A stretch of DNA of 63,799 nt, the filler included, from Nemertoderma westbladi (Eukaryota; Animalia; Xenacoelomorpha), in the NCBI GenBank assembly GCA_032718475.1. It is 3 parts of 3 records of this genome, joined end to end, with 100 filler letters (N's around TTAATTAATTAA, not from the genome) between each part and the next. Parts side by side here need not be neighbours in the genome. Positions count along the whole stretch, not along the records: positions 22,349 to 49,239 come from JAUCBJ010001202.1; 2 more parts are not named here. One strand, written 5' to 3'. Shown piece after piece: positions 25,982-37,633 of this stretch. Every line of letters begins with the position of its first letter. The stretch's first letter is position 1. The notes under the pieces are model-generated. The model searched no databases, was not told the origin of the DNA, and worked only from the letters and a program-made list of their open reading frames with translations. A program made the translations under genes and the position numbers.

Positions 25982-26608
25982 TTGGAGTAATTACTTACAG
26001 TTTTACAGTATATATAGTATTTAGATAGTATAGTATTTACAGTATATAATATGTCTAATAGGCTAACATTGTTTTTATAATTTTCAAATTCTCGCCTGTT
26101 GTGGATAACTCACACTTATATTGTTAAAGCTCTATAAATAATATTTTAACATGATTTTCGGAGGAAGTGGTAAAGTAAGATAGATTTGACTGGGGGTTGA
26201 ATCGGGTCTTTCTTTACCGACACTAAATTAACAAAACAATATTTGTTACTACCGTTTCATTATCACCTCAACACAAATTCATTTAATATTCAAATGGATA
26301 TGAAGGATGTCTGTCTAGATAAAGATATACAAATACCGATGTGACAGAAATCCGTGTAGGTATAAATTCGACGATTTTTAAACCTTGAAGTCCATACCTT
26401 TCTACCATCTGTAGTATTATATATATTGATAGAAAAGACGTTTTATTTACAAACGTTTGAAAATAAAATAATGGAAGAGAGAATAACAATTCCCTAAATA
26501 CAATTAATTACTAAATTATTTGGGAAGTTGTTATTAAAGAGTAAAAGTATTGGTTAATCAATTTAATTTATTATTTTTTTTGTCTTTTACATTTAATATA
26601 ATATTAAT

Positions 26609-27975
26609 TGTTGCCGTTATCCCAACACCAGGGGGGAAAAACGCCGATGCTGGAGACGTGACTTTACAGACCACAGAGTCCCGGCCAGTCACCGGATATT
26701 GATTGTGGAGAAGGAATGATTTCTGAGATGCAAGGTTGCGGTTGAGGAAAAGCTGCATTGGTTGGATATACTCTTTAATGTAACTTCCCTACAGTTGAAC
26801 CCTGATTGAGAATTAATTGGGCTTCCCCAAATCAATATATATAAATTCCTACAGTATATCATTTAATTACCCACTGTTCGCTCAGATTTTAGCCTAACTA
26901 ATGTTCCCCAGATTTTCCCTCGGTCCTAGTCTTAGTGCCGTAGTGTCGGTGTCGGTCGACCCTGTTGCGTGTCCGTTCCACCCCTCCCGAACCCCGAAGG
27001 GATCGATCATCGAGAACCAGCACGGCTTGGCTAAGGGTCGGTCCAGTCGGTAGACTCTGTTGCTTATCCGTCCCACCCCTCCCGAACCCCGAAGGGATCG
27101 ATCATCGAGAACCAGTACGGCTTGGCTAAGGGTCCGTCGGTTCATCGCAGAGACCCAACCACCTAGGCTTTCCGAGTCCTTATTCAGGCTCGTAGTCGCT
27201 TCGGCAGCCAAGAAACTGCTCCAAACAGTCGGTAGGCCAGTAGAGTCCAGTCCTTTGTCTTTCGACCCCGTCGCGTGTCCGTCCCACCCCTCACGAACCC
27301 CGAAGGGAACGATCATCGAGAACCAGTACGGCTTGGCTAAGGGGTCTGTCGTCGGTTCCCGTCGCAAATCCCTGGCACAAGCAGCAGACTTTCCGATGTC
27401 CTTTTCAGGCTCGTAATAACTGCTGTTGACCAGAGACCGCTAAGGGCAGTCCTCGTCAAACCCTTCCTCTGTAAGTCGGCCAACCCTTTCGCATGTCCGT
27501 CCCACCCCTCGCGAACCCCGAAGGGATCGGTCATCGAGAACCAGTACGGCTTAGCTAAGGGGGCTGTCGTTTCCCGTCGCGAATCCCTGGCACAAGCAGC
27601 AGACTTTCCGATGTCCTTTTCAGGCTCGTAATAACTGCTGTTGGCCAGGGACCGCTAAGGGCAGTCCTTGTCCTTTAGGCCTGGCGCGTTACCAAATCCA
27701 TCTCTACAGGCAGCAGGAAGTTGGCCAGGGCCTAATAGTACTCAGGCTAACCTGAATACTGCTTAACTTTTGCCTCCCACCCCTGGCCCTTATTAACATG
27801 AAATTATTCCCGTACCCTGTAAGTTGCCCCAATATTCGCCCATAAATCGCCCCCAGTTCATTGAATGTGCCCAAAACCCATGGCCCCGCACCCAGTAGTG
27901 ATATCGGAATAATCATTTTAAATAAATACAAAAAATATTCAACTCGCGTTATGAAAAGTTGAAATACCGCGAACA
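26609..27975 (-). repeat. 3' LTR (1367 bp)
   Basis: Near-identical to 37885-39381; 4 copies of an internal ~65-bp motif. Confidence 0.95.
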
Positions 27976-28156
27976 GTCCCCCCCAATGACCTTCGTGAGG
28001 TCTATCGGTAGATCGAGTTTGCGTAGGTCATTTCCCATATAAAAAACCCAAATTTAATATTGCATAGTCTTGATTAATTTGGCCTAGAGTTAATATATAT
28101 ATATATATGTGTATAAAATAAATGTTCAATAAATGTTCCTGGAATATCCCGGTCCA

Positions 28157-29072
28157 CTATTTCTTTCTCTGATACGCCTTTCTCCTCTTCGCCCGTCGAC
28201 TCTCGTCGATCGCTAGAGCTGGAAGGGGAGCGTCAACATCCATCGTGAGCAACGCTTCGGCTTGTCTCCTGGCGGCTCTTCCTTTCGATGGCATCGGGAT
28301 CATATCGGTTCGTCTTTCCAACTCGAACATCAACAACCATAACGACGTAGATGTAGTTCCGTCGATCCGGATTCTCCCACCTTTGGTGTATCGTCCACTT
28401 TCTCTCAACATCCTTCCATCGACCCTCCCGCTCGCTCTTTATTTCTAATCCCGGGTATCCACCATATATTTTATTATAATCCCGAAATTTCTGAGGTTTG
28501 AAGTCGATGCCACCGTTTAGCACTGCAAGGTAGCCGATCCTGGATTTCGTCTGTCTCACCTCTCGAAATCCTCGCATGAATTCGGCGAATCGTAACCAGG
28601 CTAATAGCATTTGGGTGTCGATGTTATGACTAAGGGAGTTGAGGTCGTCTCGACGGTCTCTTCCTAAAGGAGCGTTCGCGTAGTCGTTCCGGACGTCCGC
28701 TTTTATATCCGACCCGATTTTAATGATGTCGAAGTCGAAGAGGATCTTTTGGATTTCCGGAGGTAGTAACCAGATCGCTCCGGCTGCCTGCACCTCCTGT
28801 CTGGGTGTCGGGAATATTCGACACACCAATACCAAACCATCCAGGGTTCCGAGGACGACGACCAAGGATCGACCGTATTCTTTCGCCCCGTACTTTTCCT
28901 GGTAGTCGTCGCGATTCTGGATGATCGATATGCGTTCCTCTCGTAGCGTTGCCGTACACTCCGATAGGTTTCCCCAGTGGGTGAGGTACGTACTCTTGTC
29001 GTCGACGAAACTTTGACATCGCGCCAACGTAATCGCTTTCGAGGTGGGCGTCGCGTTTCCCTCTGTCGTATA
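28157..29072 (-). CDS. Extra ORF3 of BEL element 1: WRN/EXD-like DEDDy 3'-5' exonuclease-fold protein (probably disrupted)
   Basis: LVVVLGTLDGLVLV..LPPEIQKILFDFDIIKIGSDIKAD..NIDTQMLL..IGYLA..GGIDFKP matches the WRN-exo ExoII region and the ORF at 41121-43529; probable frameshift near 28350. Confidence 0.6.
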
Positions 29073-29859
29073 TCAAACATCAGGATTTGTAGACGCTTTG
29101 CCAGAATGTTTCCCAGAACGACGACTCGTCCCCTCCGGTTGCCTTTGCGTTCCGAGTTCTTTTCAGTCTCGTACTTGCATCAGACAACCGGAGCTCACGT
29201 AGGTTCCGGGAATCCGGTCCCTCTCGCCCGGTGAATTTAACGACTCGCACATTCTCATTTATTAGGGCGTTCCAAAATTTTTCCAGAATTTATTAGAGCG
29301 ATTTGGGTCCATATTTACGATTATGTCCGTTGCAAATTAGATCAGTTAATTATAAGTCCAGAAAGTCTGAAACTATAGTGATTGCAGAATAATTCAGTTT
29401 ATTTGTAATTCAGTTTATTAAATAACATTGCTATCTAGGCATCTACCATCTTATTGCTAAAACATTCAGCATTTACAGTTACTATAGCTATACATTAATA
29501 TCCAACCAGTTTTGACTTTTTATGTCCTCTTCTTTTTCCAATTCTTTTATTTATACATTTTATACATTTTTTTTTTTGTCTTTTTCCATTTCTCATTATT
29601 ATTTAATTTTACATTTCATTATTTCAATACATATTTCATCATTTAGTTCCACCATTTATTCTCAATTTTGTTTATTTCCACATCATCATTGGGGTTATAG
29701 CCCCCCGGCTATCATCATTTGTTATAAGCGCAGCACCAGGGTGCGCATCATTACATTTTCATCATCATACGCCTCATCATTCGGTTTATAGTAATGTCGT
29801 CTGTTTCTTTTCATCTTTCCCAACTACATTCAATCATCTTCTTTGGTAAATTTTCATTG

Positions 29860-30290
29860 TGGAAGGGGTGTTACGCGGCAATCTGGGATCTACAGCTGGA
29901 CTCGTTACACTGCCTATGCCCCAAACTGCACACGTAACGGACAATGAAGACGCTGGGAGTGAAGTCACGTGGAATGCACCAGGGACCCACCAGAATAACA
30001 CTCCCAACAACATAAAGCTCAGCCGACGAAGTCATGTGGGATGGGGTTACGCAACATTCTGGGATCTACAGCTGGACTCGTTACACCGCCTACGCCCCAA
30101 AATCCACGCAACGGTCCCACCAGAATAACGCGACTGAGAACATAAAACCTCTATCGTCGAAGTCATGTGGATGCACCATGGACCCACCAGAATAACGGGA
30201 TAGAGGGGGTGTTGCGCGGCAATCCGGGATCTACAGCTGTACTCGTTACACCGCCTACGCCCCGAACTGCGCACGCAACGGACAACATAA
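29860..30290. repeat. Three diverged ~165-180-bp direct repeats between integrase and ORF3
   Basis: GGGATCTACAGCTG.ACTCGTTACAC.GCCTA.GCCCC occurs at ~29885, ~30061 and ~30226. Confidence 0.85.
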
Positions 30291-30537
30291 CATACTACAA
30301 TGGATACAATGAATTCCACTTCAAATCTTTACCATTTCCAATAATCCAAGTTCGTTGGTCCCGATGACCAAAATCAGGGTAAACAATACATAAACGACCC
30401 TGCGTCAGTCGAAACATCTGCAGGGTGACGCTGGACTCCACATAACACACGAGGAAACACAAATACCATTGCGTGGTTACAGTTGTTTAAAGGGGGGTCC
30501 ATTTTCATTGTCGATAAATCACAGTTTAAAGAGTTTG

Positions 30538-31878
30538 TCAACAGGATGAGAAGGGTTTAAACGGGTTTAGCATTGTCACCAATGTCTGCAGCAGGATCCT
30601 GAGTAGGGAACTTATCAACCTATCATTGCCTTCAAGAAGGCACAGCCTCTGGATAGGGCGTTGGTAGTGGCCCTTTGCCGTTCGTATCGTCACAATCCTC
30701 GCAAGTCCGTCTTTGCTCGGGTGTATTGTCACGACTTGCGCCACAAGCCAGTGGACGCGGTCTTTAAGATCTTCTTTTACTAATACCATGTCGCCAACTG
30801 CGACATTCCTGTAGGTGTTGTTCCACTTCCTCCTGGTCTGGAGGGTTATGAGATACTCCTGGGCCCAGATTCTCCACCAATGCGCTGCCAACGCTTGGGC
30901 CTTCTTCCAATTTGTATGTCTCGCGATATCGTGGGGATCCGGAAACATTGTCTCTGGGAGAACATGGGTTTTGGGTCTCCCTAGTAGGTGGTTAGGAGTG
31001 AGGGGCTCCAGGTCCGTGGGGTCGTCGCGGATCGGGACAATGGGCCGGTTGTTCAGGGTAGCCGTGATCTCGCAGAATGTTGTGCGGAGGGTGTCATGGG
31101 TTACCCGGGTGTCTCCTAGAGCGACGCGCATGGATCGTTTCACTAAGTCGATCAGTTTCTCCCATACCCCGCTCGTATGGGGTGCTAAGGGAGTCTGGAA
31201 GTGCCACTGTATCTGGTGTTCCTTCCAGACTTGGGATGCGGTGTTGTCGGTAAACCATCCCTCGATCGCCTCTCTAAGTTCTCGTTCTCCTCCCACAAAG
31301 TTTGTACCATTATCGGAATACATGTGGCGACATGTCCCGTTGTTCGCCACGAACCGACGCAGAGCATTGATGAATGCGTGTTGCGTCAGGTTTACCACAA
31401 TGTCTAGGTAGATTGCCCTAGACCTAAGGCAGGTGAAGATGGCTCCCCAGCATTTGATGTTGGATCGTCGTTCGATGACCGTAAACGGTCCGAAGCAGTC
31501 CACTCCGGTGACGTAGAACGGTGGGGAATCTGCTTGTAGACGGGTGGCTGGTAAGTCGGCCATCTTTTGGGTGAGTGGTGGCGCTAGATATCTTCTGCAG
31601 GTAAAGCAACATTTCAACACTTTCCGGATCAGTGGCTGGATGTGGGTGATCCAATATCTTTGTCTTATATTAGCTATAATCCAGTTCTGTCCTGCGTGAT
31701 GGTTTTCCTCGTGACATTGTTGAATTAATAGCTTGGCTAGTGTCGACGTTCCGGGCAGAAGCGCCGGGTATTTAACCTCATATTCGACCGGGGCATTTGC
31801 CATCCGGGTATTCAGTCGGATCAGTCCGTCCTCTCCCATCATTGGTCTCAGCTGGTAGACTGGGCTGTCCGGTTTCAA
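30538..31878 (-). CDS. BEL/Pao integrase (pol C-terminus, frameshifted from RT-RH)
   Basis: H..HAG..CFTC Zn finger; VDCFGP, SDNGTNF, GVWEKL (DDE); LTPNHLLG, RPIQRLC. Confidence 0.92.
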   Translation of the reverse strand: MKPDSPVYQLRPMMGEDGLIRLNTRMANAPVEYEVKYPALLPGTSTLAKLLIQQCHEENHHAGQNWIIANIRQRYWITHIQPLIRKVLKCCFTCRRYLAPPLTQKMADLPATRLQADSPPFYVTGVDCFGPFTVIERRSNIKCWGAIFTCLRSRAIYLDIVVNLTQHAFINALRRFVANNGTCRHMYSDNGTNFVGGERELREAIEGWFTDNTASQVWKEHQIQWHFQTPLAPHTSGVWEKLIDLVKRSMRVALGDTRVTHDTLRTTFCEITATLNNRPIVPIRDDPTDLEPLTPNHLLGRPKTHVLPETMFPDPHDIARHTNWKKAQALAAHWWRIWAQEYLITLQTRRKWNNTYRNVAVGDMVLVKEDLKDRVHWLVAQVVTIHPSKDGLARIVTIRTAKGHYQRPIQRLCLLEGNDRLISSLLRILLQTLVTMLNPFKPFSSC

Positions 31879-31944
31879 GGTTTTGCCCGCACTAAGTTGT
31901 TCCCACTCATCGGGGAAACTTTCTCTCTGGACATATCCAACGAT

Positions 31945-34900
31945 TCACTTCTCCGCGATAATGAGTTCTTGTATACTCCATTGAACTATCGGTTTGTTGT
32001 CTTTCCACCGTAGGAAGTTGCGAAGGGTTATAACGTGGTGGATGAGCCGTCTCATTGATGAAGTTCGCTCGATCAACAGATGTAAAGACGCCGCTGGTTG
32101 AGTGATCGTCTCGACGTTATAGTGCCTGCCCGAGTCCTTTGCAGGCTCAGTCAGACAACTATAAATTTCCACTGCGTTGCTTCTATGGACTTTACGGATC
32201 TCTTTGTCGTCCTCGGAGTATTTTCCGCTATCGAGTTCGGGGTCGAATCGGGTACTCCATGTTAATTGTGGCTGCTGTAGGAATTCCGGACCTGTAAGCC
32301 AGAGTTTACTTTTACCGAGTTGTTTTGGGGTGGCGCCTCGGCTTGATAAGTCCGCTGGATTTTCTTTCCCGTTCACGTGGTGCCACTGTTCTCGGCCGGT
32401 ACACTGTTTAATCTCCGTGGCTCGGGTCGCAACAAACGTAGTGTGACGCCGTGATGGAGAGTAGAGATAATAGAGAACGATACTCGAATCGACCCAGAAG
32501 TGTTGAGATTCGATGGGGATTCGTAGGTTCCGCATGACCATGCGGTTCTGTCTCACTGTCCAAACTGCAGCCTGTAACTTGAGTCTTGGAATCGTTGCTA
32601 CGAATTCCCCAGATACTGTCTTAGCTTTAGAAAATAAGAAGCTCGTATCGCCGTTTCCATCGTTGCTTAGTCTTCGTAAGAAGGTGACTACGCCGATTCC
32701 GGTATTCGAAGCATCCGAGAAGGTATGGAGCTGGAAGATATCGGTGGGTAGTTTATCGAGGAAGAACGGTCGAGGGATCCGCATAAGATGTAGGTGTTCG
32801 AGCTGCTCCGTCCATTTTCTCCATTTGACGCTGAGGTGTGGGGGGAGTTCTTCGTCCCATCCCAGTCCTTCTATCCACATTTCCTTAATCAGGTTCATTC
32901 CGGCCAAGGTTACTGGAGATATGAAATTTAGTGGGTCGAAGATGGCGCTTTTTATCGACAAACATCCCCTTTTCGTCATAGGCTTGGGTAGGGGTTTATA
33001 TTTGAAAATGAATTCGTCTGATTCTATGTCCCATTCAATCCTGAGTACACGGTGTTCCACATCCTCCGAATACATTTTGTTATCTTCCAGTCGGATGTTT
33101 TCCGGAAACTTTTCCATAAGTGTTTTGTCGTGGGATCTGAACTTCACGAGCGGGAAACCTCCTTTCTTTAAACATTCTACCATCCCTATTGCTAGCTGAT
33201 ATGCCTCATCCACATTATCTGCGCCGGCGCATCCGTCGTCCACGTAGAAGCATCGTCGGATGGTTTCTATGACGGTTGGAGGGAACTCGTTTTCGCACAT
33301 AGTTGCCGTCCTCTTCAGCATGTCACTACATGCTACCGGCGAGTCCTTAGCGCCGAAGATCCTGACGACCATACGCATTACATCTACGTCCTTTATTGTA
33401 AGTTGACTAATCTCCTGTTGATTAAGTGTTTTATCCGTCCATAGGATACGTAGACAGTCTGAGTCTCTTGGTAGCGTACGAACCTGATGAAACATGGCTT
33501 TGATGTCGCAGGTGAATGCTATCCGGTTTTCTCTGAACCTGATCAATACGCCAGTGAGTGTACTATATATGTTGGGCCCCGTATAAAGCTGACTATTCAG
33601 GGATTCGCCTTGATACATAGCAGCGGCATCATTAACTACTCGGATTTTCCCACCCTTCCGGGCTTCTACCACGTAGTGGGTTGGAAGATAATATGTTCTT
33701 TTACCACCTTGCAGTTCATTCCGTGGTACCATTTCTGCTAATCCATCGTTGAGATATCCTTGGATTACGGTATTATATTTCTCCTTTATCTCGGGTTGGT
33801 CATTCAGCCGGCGGAGAATCCCCTTAAGTCGCCTAAGGGCCATGTTAGCGTTGTTTGCCATTGGTTTGTTTGGGTCCTTCCATAACATAGGTGAACACCA
33901 GTGTCCGTCTTCGAACGTGGCCTGGTCCAGGACGTCCATACAATATTGATCCTCCTCGGACGGGTTTTCGTCTTTTTCAGCGAACTCTTGGGTCTCTAGA
34001 TTAAAGTATTTAGTCATCTCTTGCTGGGTTTTCTCGGTCTCAAGAAATAAATCCTCGTCAAGGTCTGTAGCTGAGCAATAACCCACGGATGTTGCATTCT
34101 CTTTAATCTGACATTTAGGAAGGTATGTATAGGTGTCGGTAGTCTCTTCCTTGATGCCGCAGAGTGTCCATCCCATTATTGTTCGTTCAGCATAAAATCC
34201 GTCATCCTGTTTTATAGATCGGGCGACATCTCTGGTGGGGATGTGTAATTCCGGTGTATCAAGTCCGATCAGTAGGGTGATGCGGTTTACATCCAACGAC
34301 AGGCACCTTAGGTCTATGTCATCTCGATCTAGCTTTATAAGGGGGGCGTACTTGGCCGATTGTCGGAACCGCACTCGGAGGTCTGTGTGTACCAAGGCGT
34401 TCTTGATGGTGAGCTTAACTGTCTCGTAGCCCTTCATTACTCCTTCCATCTGGAGTTGCACCTCCCCGGATTCTACCTCTCTGTGGTCGGTAATAGTTTG
34501 TATGGGCCGTTTGCAAGGTTCATAGTCTAGACCGAGTTGCTCGAAGAAATCCCGGTCGATGATGGTTCCGTCCGACCCGTTATCAAGGAATGCGAGCATC
34601 GTCAAGGATTTGCCGACTCCCTGAATTCTTACTGGGATTACCTTGGCGAAGACCATGTAACGGCAATTTATAAGGTTGATCGTGGCTGAGATATTTGTCA
34701 CTTGTGATGCGTTAGTGGAGGTTTTAAATGGGTTGGTTTCTCTCCGTTGGGTTGTCCGGGTTCCTTTAGAAACGTGGTTCGTTTCTCCTCTTCGCTTTGT
34801 TTCAATCCGAAAGGGGAGGGTAGTGAAGTCGAAGTTCGCGGGGATGTGGAGGAGCGTGTGATGACGTAGGTCGTTACAAACCGCACAACACGGCCTTTGG

Positions 34901-35445
34901 TCGCAATCCCGAACGTAGTGACCTGTTCCAAGACACCGGAAGCATCCTCTGTGTTTCATAATCGCCTCGAAGCGTGGGACGAGTTCGGCAAACTGGAACT
35001 TCCTGCAGAATTCAACTTTATGTTTCTCTCCACAATAGAGACAGAGAAGGGAGTTTGTGATGCCTTCCCTCTTGGGTGCCCAATTCGCGAGGTAACACGC
35101 CCATTCCTCGGCTGATGTCGGTTCCTCGTAGTCTTTGTCGTCGGAATCCTCGGCCATGGTGATGACCATCGTACTCACCGGAGGAGGGCGGAATCTCGGT
35201 TTCTGAGTGGGTGTCTTACTCCTGGAGTTGCTCTCTATTCCGTCCAACTTGGCGAGACTCTGTTTCGAGAACATCGAGTCATTCATGGCTTCGGAGATAT
35301 CGTCCAGGAATGCCGACATTTCAAGGAAGCTGGGATCTTGATCTGGGTGTCTGCGCCGGAGATCTACGCATTTATAGGCCCACTTACTTTGCAGCCATCC
35401 GGGGAACTTTCGGGCGATCTGTCGGAGGTTTAGAATGTTGTTCAC
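31945..35445 (-). CDS. BEL/Pao gag C-terminus with Zn knuckles, protease, RT and RNase H
   Basis: CLYCGEKHKVEFC, CFRCLGTGHYVRDC, CAVCNDLRHHTLLH; FLDNGS; DIKAMFHQV, FYVDDG; FSDAS, ENPADLSSRG. Confidence 0.95.
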   Translation of the reverse strand: MNNILNLRQIARKFPGWLQSKWAYKCVDLRRRHPDQDPSFLEMSAFLDDISEAMNDSMFSKQSLAKLDGIESNSRSKTPTQKPRFRPPPVSTMVITMAEDSDDKDYEEPTSAEEWACYLANWAPKREGITNSLLCLYCGEKHKVEFCRKFQFAELVPRFEAIMKHRGCFRCLGTGHYVRDCDQRPCCAVCNDLRHHTLLHIPANFDFTTLPFRIETKRRGETNHVSKGTRTTQRRETNPFKTSTNASQVTNISATINLINCRYMVFAKVIPVRIQGVGKSLTMLAFLDNGSDGTIIDRDFFEQLGLDYEPCKRPIQTITDHREVESGEVQLQMEGVMKGYETVKLTIKNALVHTDLRVRFRQSAKYAPLIKLDRDDIDLRCLSLDVNRITLLIGLDTPELHIPTRDVARSIKQDDGFYAERTIMGWTLCGIKEETTDTYTYLPKCQIKENATSVGYCSATDLDEDLFLETEKTQQEMTKYFNLETQEFAEKDENPSEEDQYCMDVLDQATFEDGHWCSPMLWKDPNKPMANNANMALRRLKGILRRLNDQPEIKEKYNTVIQGYLNDGLAEMVPRNELQGGKRTYYLPTHYVVEARKGGKIRVVNDAAAMYQGESLNSQLYTGPNIYSTLTGVLIRFRENRIAFTCDIKAMFHQVRTLPRDSDCLRILWTDKTLNQQEISQLTIKDVDVMRMVVRIFGAKDSPVACSDMLKRTATMCENEFPPTVIETIRRCFYVDDGCAGADNVDEAYQLAIGMVECLKKGGFPLVKFRSHDKTLMEKFPENIRLEDNKMYSEDVEHRVLRIEWDIESDEFIFKYKPLPKPMTKRGCLSIKSAIFDPLNFISPVTLAGMNLIKEMWIEGLGWDEELPPHLSVKWRKWTEQLEHLHLMRIPRPFFLDKLPTDIFQLHTFSDASNTGIGVVTFLRRLSNDGNGDTSFLFSKAKTVSGEFVATIPRLKLQAAVWTVRQNRMVMRNLRIPIESQHFWVDSSIVLYYLYSPSRRHTTFVATRATEIKQCTGREQWHHVNGKENPADLSSRGATPKQLGKSKLWLTGPEFLQQPQLTWSTRFDPELDSGKYSEDDKEIRKVHRSNAVEIYSCLTEPAKDSGRHYNVETITQPAASLHLLIERTSSMRRLIHHVITLRNFLRWKDNKPIVQWSIQELIIAEK

Positions 35446-37445
35446 CTGGTCCTCCTTATTAAGGGCTTTAGAGTGTAGTAGGCATCCTTCATGGAATCTG
35501 AGAATTCCTGGACGTTCTGTGGGTCCCCTAGGGATCCCACGTCTTGTATCAGTTTCTCTAGAGTTTTATTAATTATAGTCCCGGTATTTCCGTATCTTTT
35601 GTCTAGAGTTTTCCATGCGTCGTAGTATGCTTCATGAGAACCTCCCTCAAAACAAGCAATGATTCGGCGTGGTTTGTCACCCAGGTATTGCGATAAATAT
35701 ACCAGTTTCTGTGCATCGGCTATGTCCGTTGATCCAATCTGCGCAAAGAACCGTTTCTTGAATCTGAGGTAATCGACAGGATCTCCTTCGAAGGTGCGGA
35801 TCTCCATCTTGGGCATGGCAAGGCGGTTTTCTAATGCCCGGATAATGCCGACATCGTCTGAACTGGAGTGACTCGGAGGGTTATAGTTATTGGCACTCTC
35901 TCCCATACTCGATGGATCAATGATAGGTGGAGTTTTAATGATGACGCGACTACGGGTTTGTGGTGTGGATGTAAACGGGTTGTTGGATCGAGGAGTGGCG
36001 TCCCGTTCCGAGTCCCTTTCAGTCTCATACTTGGGTACACTCGTTGCCGTGTGGTTGGATGGGAAATACGGTTCCTCATTTTTAAGCGTAGCCGGTGGGG
36101 GATGGAACACCGGTGCTTGTGCCGATAACGTAGACTGTTTGGTAGGCGGGATCTCGGGTTTCGGAAGTTTCGCCGCTGTCGGTATAAATGACTTCTCTAA
36201 TTCCGGTACCGGGATTGGTTCATATTCCTGATCTATATCCCTTTCCCAGTCCTCGTAGAGTTGAATATCTCGTTCTATAAGTGCGGCTTCGTATTCCGCG
36301 AGTTTTGCAATATCCGCATTATTTTTGTGGATGAGAATCGCTTGGGCCTCGGCGTGTTGTTTACGCATTTCTGCTTCCCATTTACGTTGTTCGATCTCTC
36401 GTTCGGCCTCTCGTCCACGTTGTTCAGCCTCCTGTTCGCGTTGTTCGTCCTGCCGTTCGGCCTCCTGTCTACGTTGTTCGGCCTCCTGTCTACGTTGTTC
36501 GGCCTCCTGTCTACGTTGTTCGGCCTGCCGTTCGGCCTCCTGTCTACGTTGTTCGGCCTGCCGTTCGGCCTCCTGTCTACGTTGTTCGGCCTGCCGTTCG
36601 GCTTCTCGTCTATGTTGTTCAGCCTCCTGTTCGCGTTGTTCGGCCTGCCGTTCGGCTTCTCGTCTATGTTGTTCAGCCTCCTGTTCGCGTTGTTCGGCCT
36701 GCCGTTCGGCTTCTCGTCTATGTTGTTCAGCCTCCTGTTCGCGTTGTTCGGCCTGCCGTTCGGCCGCTTGTTCGGCCTCTCATTTTTGCATTTCGGCGGC
36801 TAATACATCTTGCTCGGCTTGCAGTTGATTATACTCATCTTCCATCCGAGCTTTGAGGGCTAATGCCTTCCGTTCTCGTAGCTGGTCTCGGAGTGGTTGA
36901 CCCCCTTGAGAGCTGTGTGCTGAACCGGACGCCGCGCTCCTAGCGCTGGAGTGCTGGTTTCTCGAGGACCCCGATCTCCTTCGATGTACTGCTGTCCTGG
37001 TGCTGGAGGTTCGCACTGATTCTGCATCTGTTCTTTCGGCTCTCTTGTAGTACTGTTCTTCGTAGCCTCTCACAAGGCTGAGGGTCCTCCGGTGTTGTTT
37101 GCGGAACCCATCTAGATGTACAACGTGTTCTTCTAACCTGGGGTAGTTTTCCTGATCGGTGGAGGGAACGAGCTCTTGGTACGCCTGTATCATTCTTTCA
37201 TATCGCTGTAAGATGTTTCGGATACTCTGAAGCTGAGTTTGTATTGCTGAAGTTAGCTGTTAGCTGAAGTTGAGGGGGGTTTTGACTTCCTTGAGTTGTT
37301 TCTCTATCCGTTGATACGCTCGAGTTACTCCGCCCTTGAGAGCCCCTAGTCGACGGGTCATGTTCTTGACGTTTGGTACCTCGTCGGCTTCCGAATCTGT
37401 GTGGTGGTCCTTCTCATCGGTATCGGATACGTTGTTCGCCATCAT
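35442..37445 (-). pseudogene. BEL/Pao gag N-terminal region (coiled coil and DUF1759-like), broken by a stop and frameshifts
   Basis: ORF pieces 37445-37260, 37193-36780, 36368-35442; MPKMEIRTFEGDPVDYLRF..KLVYL..LDKRYG. Confidence 0.8.
36405..36780 (-). repeat. Coding tandem repeats (21/33/54 bp) in gag, encoding E/Q/R/A coiled coil
   Basis: GTTCGGCCTCCTGTCTACGTT and related units. Confidence 0.85.
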
Positions 37446-37633
37446 TCCAATGCCTCGTTGATAGCTAGATATGCGATGTCGTAGAATAGTTCCTCGTAGG
37501 TATTGTACTCAGCCTGGACCACCCGAACGGTAATCCTGAATCGTCCGATGTTCATTCCTTGTACTTCCACCTCTACGTGCCAGATTCCTGGCTCAACTTG
37601 GATGATATCAATGGGTGTGATCGATACTTTCAT
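37442..37633 (-). CDS. Small 63-aa upstream ORF whose stop overlaps the gag start
   Basis: ATG-initiated, protein-like composition; ATGATG stop/start overlap at 37445-37440. Confidence 0.35.
   Translation of the reverse strand: MKVSITPIDIIQVEPGIWHVEVEVQGMNIGRFRITVRVVQAEYNTYEELFYDIAYLAINEALE

Noticed and set aside
26971-27565. CRISPR-like repeat/spacer appearance in the LTRs and at 43965-44645
   Set aside because: Eukaryotic retroelement context, irregular and mutually related spacers, no cas genes
28157-29072. ORF3 as an envelope glycoprotein
   Set aside because: No signal peptide, TM anchor or Cys pattern; exonuclease-like motifs instead
30815-36828. Plus-strand ORFs antisense to gag-pol
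   Set aside because: Shadow ORFs of coding or repetitive sequence with no recognisable motifs
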